Below are positions 23,596 to 26,579 of a stretch of 26,579 nt of DNA, piece after piece. The notes beneath the pieces are model-generated. The model had not been told where the DNA came from. It made no database searches and was given only the letters and a program-made list of their open reading frames with translations. A program made the position numbers and the translations under genes. Location of the stretch: IMG/VR virus record IMGVR_UViG_3300012665_000053, positions 1-26,579 of that record, one strand, 5' to 3'. The stretch comes from a virus. Taxonomy: Duplodnaviria; Caudoviricetes. Position 1 is the first letter of the stretch. Each line of letters begins with the position of its first letter.

Positions 23596-25248
23596 TTAAA
23601 GATTAGCGGCAGAAAGACGCTGACGTAGTGATTCAATCATTGCTTGTTGTTCTTGAATAGCCGCAGTCAATGTAGCCACCAAGAAAGAATTGTCAATGGA
23701 CTGGTAGTTTGGCTTTCCAGACGCATCAACTTCATCCTTTTTTCCTGTAACCGCTTTAGGAATTACCGCTTGCAATTCGTGGGCAATAAAACCTTCGCCA
23801 TCAGAGCCATCTTCTTTCCATGTGTAAGTAACAGGATTCAAATCCTGAATCCTTGCCAAAGCACCTGTCATCGGCTTAACATTATCTTTTAAACGATAAT
23901 CAGAAGTGGTGTTGTATGCAACCGATGTAGAACTAGCTTGAGTAACAGAACCAATTTTTGTTCCAGCAGCATTCGTGAAATATAAATAAATACCACCAGT
24001 ATTGTTTGCGCCAGTATTTAATGCAAGGTTTGGATTGCCGTTATAGTTATCAGCAACATATACCTCCATTTTTCCACCATTAGCACCAACAGCAGCAGTT
24101 TGACCAACCCAAAGGCTTCCAGACGATGAAAGAGTCATCGCCTGAGTAAAGGTGATAGCGTTTCCTGCTGTGCCTGATGCGGTAGATGTGTACCATTGAT
24201 GCTGTCCATTAGAGCCTAATTGGTCATAACGCAAAGCATAGCCAGTTCCGATAAATTTACCGCCCGATGCGGCATCGTACCAATTCTGACCAAGGAATGT
24301 TCTGTTTGATGTTGCCGATATGCAACCAGTTGTGTTTAACTGAAATGCTTTAAATGCGCTATCCCAAGCACTCGGAGTAACTCCCAAGCCTAGATTGCCT
24401 GAGGAGTCGAGGCGCATACGCTCTGAGTTTTCAGTGTAAAAAGCCATTTGACCTGAGGCTGGCCCAACACGAACAACACCACTAGAAACTCCTGGGACTA
24501 TTCTAAAATCTGAAGCGGTTAAATCAGTTACATTGAACGCATTTCCACCAGCAGATGTAGCAATATCAAGTTTAAAGCCAGGATTAGTTCTTCCAATACC
24601 CAACCCTGTTGAGGTGAGGCGCATACCTTCTGTGGATGATGGAGAAAAAACTAAAGAGGTAGAAGCAGTAATTGCAAAATTGGCTGAGCCATCTAAAGAG
24701 ATATTAGCCCTTGCACTTCCACCACCCGTACCTTCATAAAAGTTAATCAGGTTGCGAGTTCCACTTGTTCCTTCGTTTTTTACAGAAAGTGCATAGTTTG
24801 CTGCTGTTGTGTTTGTAAACATAAAGCCCGCAGAGCCTGTGCTGTACACTTCACCAGACTGGCTAGATGAAGTTGTAACGGCAGTAGTTCCAACAAAAAA
24901 TCTTGACCCATCAAACTGAAGCGCAGAGCCACTTGTCAGAACCTTTGAACCATTGAGATAGGTTACTCCGTTGGCTGTGCCTCCTGAGAGGGTTAGATTT
25001 CCGGACAGTGTCGCAGCTGCCGCAGCCACAGTGCCTGTCAATGTCGGGCTGGCTGATAAAACATTGTTGCCAGTGCCAGTGCTTGTGCCAACACCAGTGC
25101 CACCTTTAGTGACCTTGAGCAATGGGCCTGCATCAAACAATGCGTCAATTGAATCCAGATCGCTATTGATCTTTGTTCCCCAGGTGTCAGTGGATGCACC
25201 GACTTCTGGTTTGGTCAACAATAGATTCGTTGTGGTTGTATCTGCCAT
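23596..25248 (-). CDS. Tail fibre/spike with a C-terminal intramolecular chaperone (Peptidase S74)
   Basis: N-terminal anchor ([16 protein letters not shown]), MRL.S.G.LG.G modules, SDYRLKDN autocleavage motif, GFIAHELQ, coiled-coil end. Confidence 0.92.
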   Translation of the reverse strand: MADTTTTNLLLTKPEVGASTDTWGTKINSDLDSIDALFDAGPLLKVTKGGTGVGTSTGTGNNVLSASPTLTGTVAAAAATLSGNLTLSGGTANGVTYLNGSKVLTSGSALQFDGSRFFVGTTAVTTSSSQSGEVYSTGSAGFMFTNTTAANYALSVKNEGTSGTRNLINFYEGTGGGSARANISLDGSANFAITASTSLVFSPSSTEGMRLTSTGLGIGRTNPGFKLDIATSAGGNAFNVTDLTASDFRIVPGVSSGVVRVGPASGQMAFYTENSERMRLDSSGNLGLGVTPSAWDSAFKAFQLNTTGCISATSNRTFLGQNWYDAASGGKFIGTGYALRYDQLGSNGQHQWYTSTASGTAGNAITFTQAMTLSSSGSLWVGQTAAVGANGGKMEVYVADNYNGNPNLALNTGANNTGGIYLYFTNAAGTKIGSVTQASSTSVAYNTTSDYRLKDNVKPMTGALARIQDLNPVTYTWKEDGSDGEGFIAHELQAVIPKAVTGKKDEVDASGKPNYQSIDNSFLVATLTAAIQEQQAMIESLRQRLSAANL

Positions 25249-25257
25249 TTTCTACCC

Positions 25258-26019
25258 CTATGCGGCTATTTGCCAAGTTTCGCTATTATCCGCAATTGCA
25301 GTCCAAGTTTCACTGCTGTCAGCAATTGCATCCCATGTTTCTGATGTGTCTGTGATCGGTGTCCAGGTCTCTGCATTGTCAGAGATCGCATTCCAAGTTT
25401 CTGCCGTATCAGACTCAGGGACCCATTTTAGATTGCCATCGACAGTCATGGTCGATGTGCAAGTGAAATTGATTGCACCAGTTTGTGTGCGAGTGCTATT
25501 GACAGTCATTTCAGACTGGGCCGCCATTAGCACTGACGCGCCTAACACCACCTTGGTGGCCACAGTCATTGTGGCAAAGTCTTCAATCAGAATCTGGACA
25601 AGTGGGACCCTGACCCCATTGACCGACATGGTGCTGACATCGACTGATGCAAATGCACCAATGGCCACTCGCCTGGCTGCAAAGCTGGCGCTGGATGTGG
25701 CCGCAAATGTCGCTACCCCCACCGCATAGCGCAAAGCGCTGATTGACATGGTGCTGGCGCTTGAGGCCGTGGCCGAGGCATTGGCCACCCTTTGTGCAGC
25801 AGCTGATGTAGTGCTAGACGCTGAAACCGAGAAAGATGCCGTCTTGACCACATTGGCCGAGACAGTCTCTGTGCTTGAAGCTGAAACAGAAAACGCGCCT
25901 GTGCAGACGCGTTGACCATTGAATGCAGCCGTGCTTGTGGCCGCGAAAGTAACCGCCCCAAGGCTTACGCCATAGGAATACTTCCCTTGTCCGTATGGGC
26001 CAGAGCCGTATGCTGCCAT
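25258..26019 (-). CDS. Repeat-built virion protein (putative fibre/whisker)
   Basis: YG-rich N-terminus, nine 20-aa Ala/Ser/Thr/Val units, and five ETW-initiated 10-aa units. Confidence 0.65.
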   Translation of the reverse strand: MAAYGSGPYGQGKYSYGVSLGAVTFAATSTAAFNGQRVCTGAFSVSASSTETVSANVVKTASFSVSASSTTSAAAQRVANASATASSASTMSISALRYAVGVATFAATSSASFAARRVAIGAFASVDVSTMSVNGVRVPLVQILIEDFATMTVATKVVLGASVLMAAQSEMTVNSTRTQTGAINFTCTSTMTVDGNLKWVPESDTAETWNAISDNAETWTPITDTSETWDAIADSSETWTAIADNSETWQIAA

Positions 26020-26020
26020 G

Positions 26021-26419
26021 TCATGTCAATGTGACATCAAGGTCGCCAGCTGGGATGCGCAGCACATCGCCATCATTGATGGTGCGAGCTGTGGTCAGCG
26101 CTGCCCAGGCCAAAAGATTGCCACCAGTGCTTGCATCAAAGATGCCGGCCCAGCCAATTGATCCCCAATTGCCACCGCTTGCAGCTGCAAATTCGATGGC
26201 CGCTGCGTTTGTTGCGTTTGTGGGGCTTGTGCCGGAGACAGTGATTGTGCCAGTCACCACTCGCGCATAGCCGCTGCCAGACACTTCAGTGCCACCACCA
26301 GTGTCACTAGGTGCAGCCGTGAATAGGCCAACATACCAAGCCGTGGGGCGTGTGGCCGTGTTGGTTGTGAGTAGAAAATTTAAAACTAGATTTTCGGTGT
26401 AGTCGGTAAAAGATGACAT
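26021..26419 (-). CDS. Virion structural protein (fibre-associated)
   Basis: YVGLFTAAPSDTGGGTEVSG.GYAR...W...GIFDA.TGGNLL pattern typical of small phage tail proteins. SD AAGGA. Confidence 0.65.
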   Translation of the reverse strand: MSSFTDYTENLVLNFLLTTNTATRPTAWYVGLFTAAPSDTGGGTEVSGSGYARVVTGTITVSGTSPTNATNAAAIEFAAASGGNWGSIGWAGIFDASTGGNLLAWAALTTARTINDGDVLRIPAGDLDVTLT

Positions 26420-26427
26420 ATCAGTCC

Positions 26428-26579
26428 TTATCCAAAAGTCTTTGCACGGGTCAGCAATGCACCACCAGAAGATGCACCGCGATCATCGGCAGTTTGTAAA
26501 TCGTTCAAGGCTCGCTCATAGAGTGTTGCCCATGTCTGGATTCTCGCATCATCTTGCAAGTATGGTGCAGCCTGGAGCA
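26428..26579 (-). CDS. Putative head-tail adaptor, C-terminal part (truncated by the window)
   Basis: Manual translation ...LQAAPYLQDDARIQTWATLYERALNDLQTADDRGASSGGALLTRAKTFG*. Helical pattern and position fit an adaptor. Confidence 0.6.
   Translation of the reverse strand, partial: LQAAPYLQDDARIQTWATLYERALNDLQTADDRGASSGGALLTRAKTFG

Noticed and set aside
23596-25248. Diversity-generating retroelement or invertible tail-fibre cassette
   Set aside because: No reverse transcriptase, invertase or near-identical template/variable repeat pair is visible in the window.
1-26579. tRNA, rRNA, integrase/att site, IS elements, stop-codon recoding
   Set aside because: None recognised by eye. Genes are intact and densely packed under the standard code. 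A tRNAscan/Infernal run would be needed to exclude small RNAs.

Overview
This window is most of a tailed dsDNA phage genome (Caudoviricetes). It has short-tailed, P22-like virion parts and a Gram-negative host, inferred from the Rz/Rz1 spanins. Almost all genes are on the minus strand. In transcription order (right to left) they are: head-tail adaptor (partial), virion and fibre genes, an S74-chaperone tail fibre, an expanded lysis/membrane-peptide cluster (GH19 endolysin, nested Rz/Rz1), an inserted zincin + HTH-metallophosphoesterase cassette with an opposing acidic mini-gene, tail hub and putative ejection proteins, a small plus-strand early operon, a Cro/CI-like regulator, SSB, SNF2-like helicase, Cas4-like nuclease, Prim-Pol/PriCT-2/AAA replication protein, VRR-NUC nuclease, terminase small subunit, three mini-ORFs and the start of the terminase large subunit. 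Portal and capsid genes are not in the window. The strongest non-coding signal is a candidate host-dependent, plasmid-like replication control system. It consists of two DnaA-box clusters (1105-1205 and 2396-2563), an 11-bp iteron/palindrome array just downstream of the replication gene (2339-2631), and an antisense-oriented terminator plus a mini-ORF in that gene's leader. No DNA polymerase or integrase is visible. All protein calls come from motif recognition by eye, not database searches.
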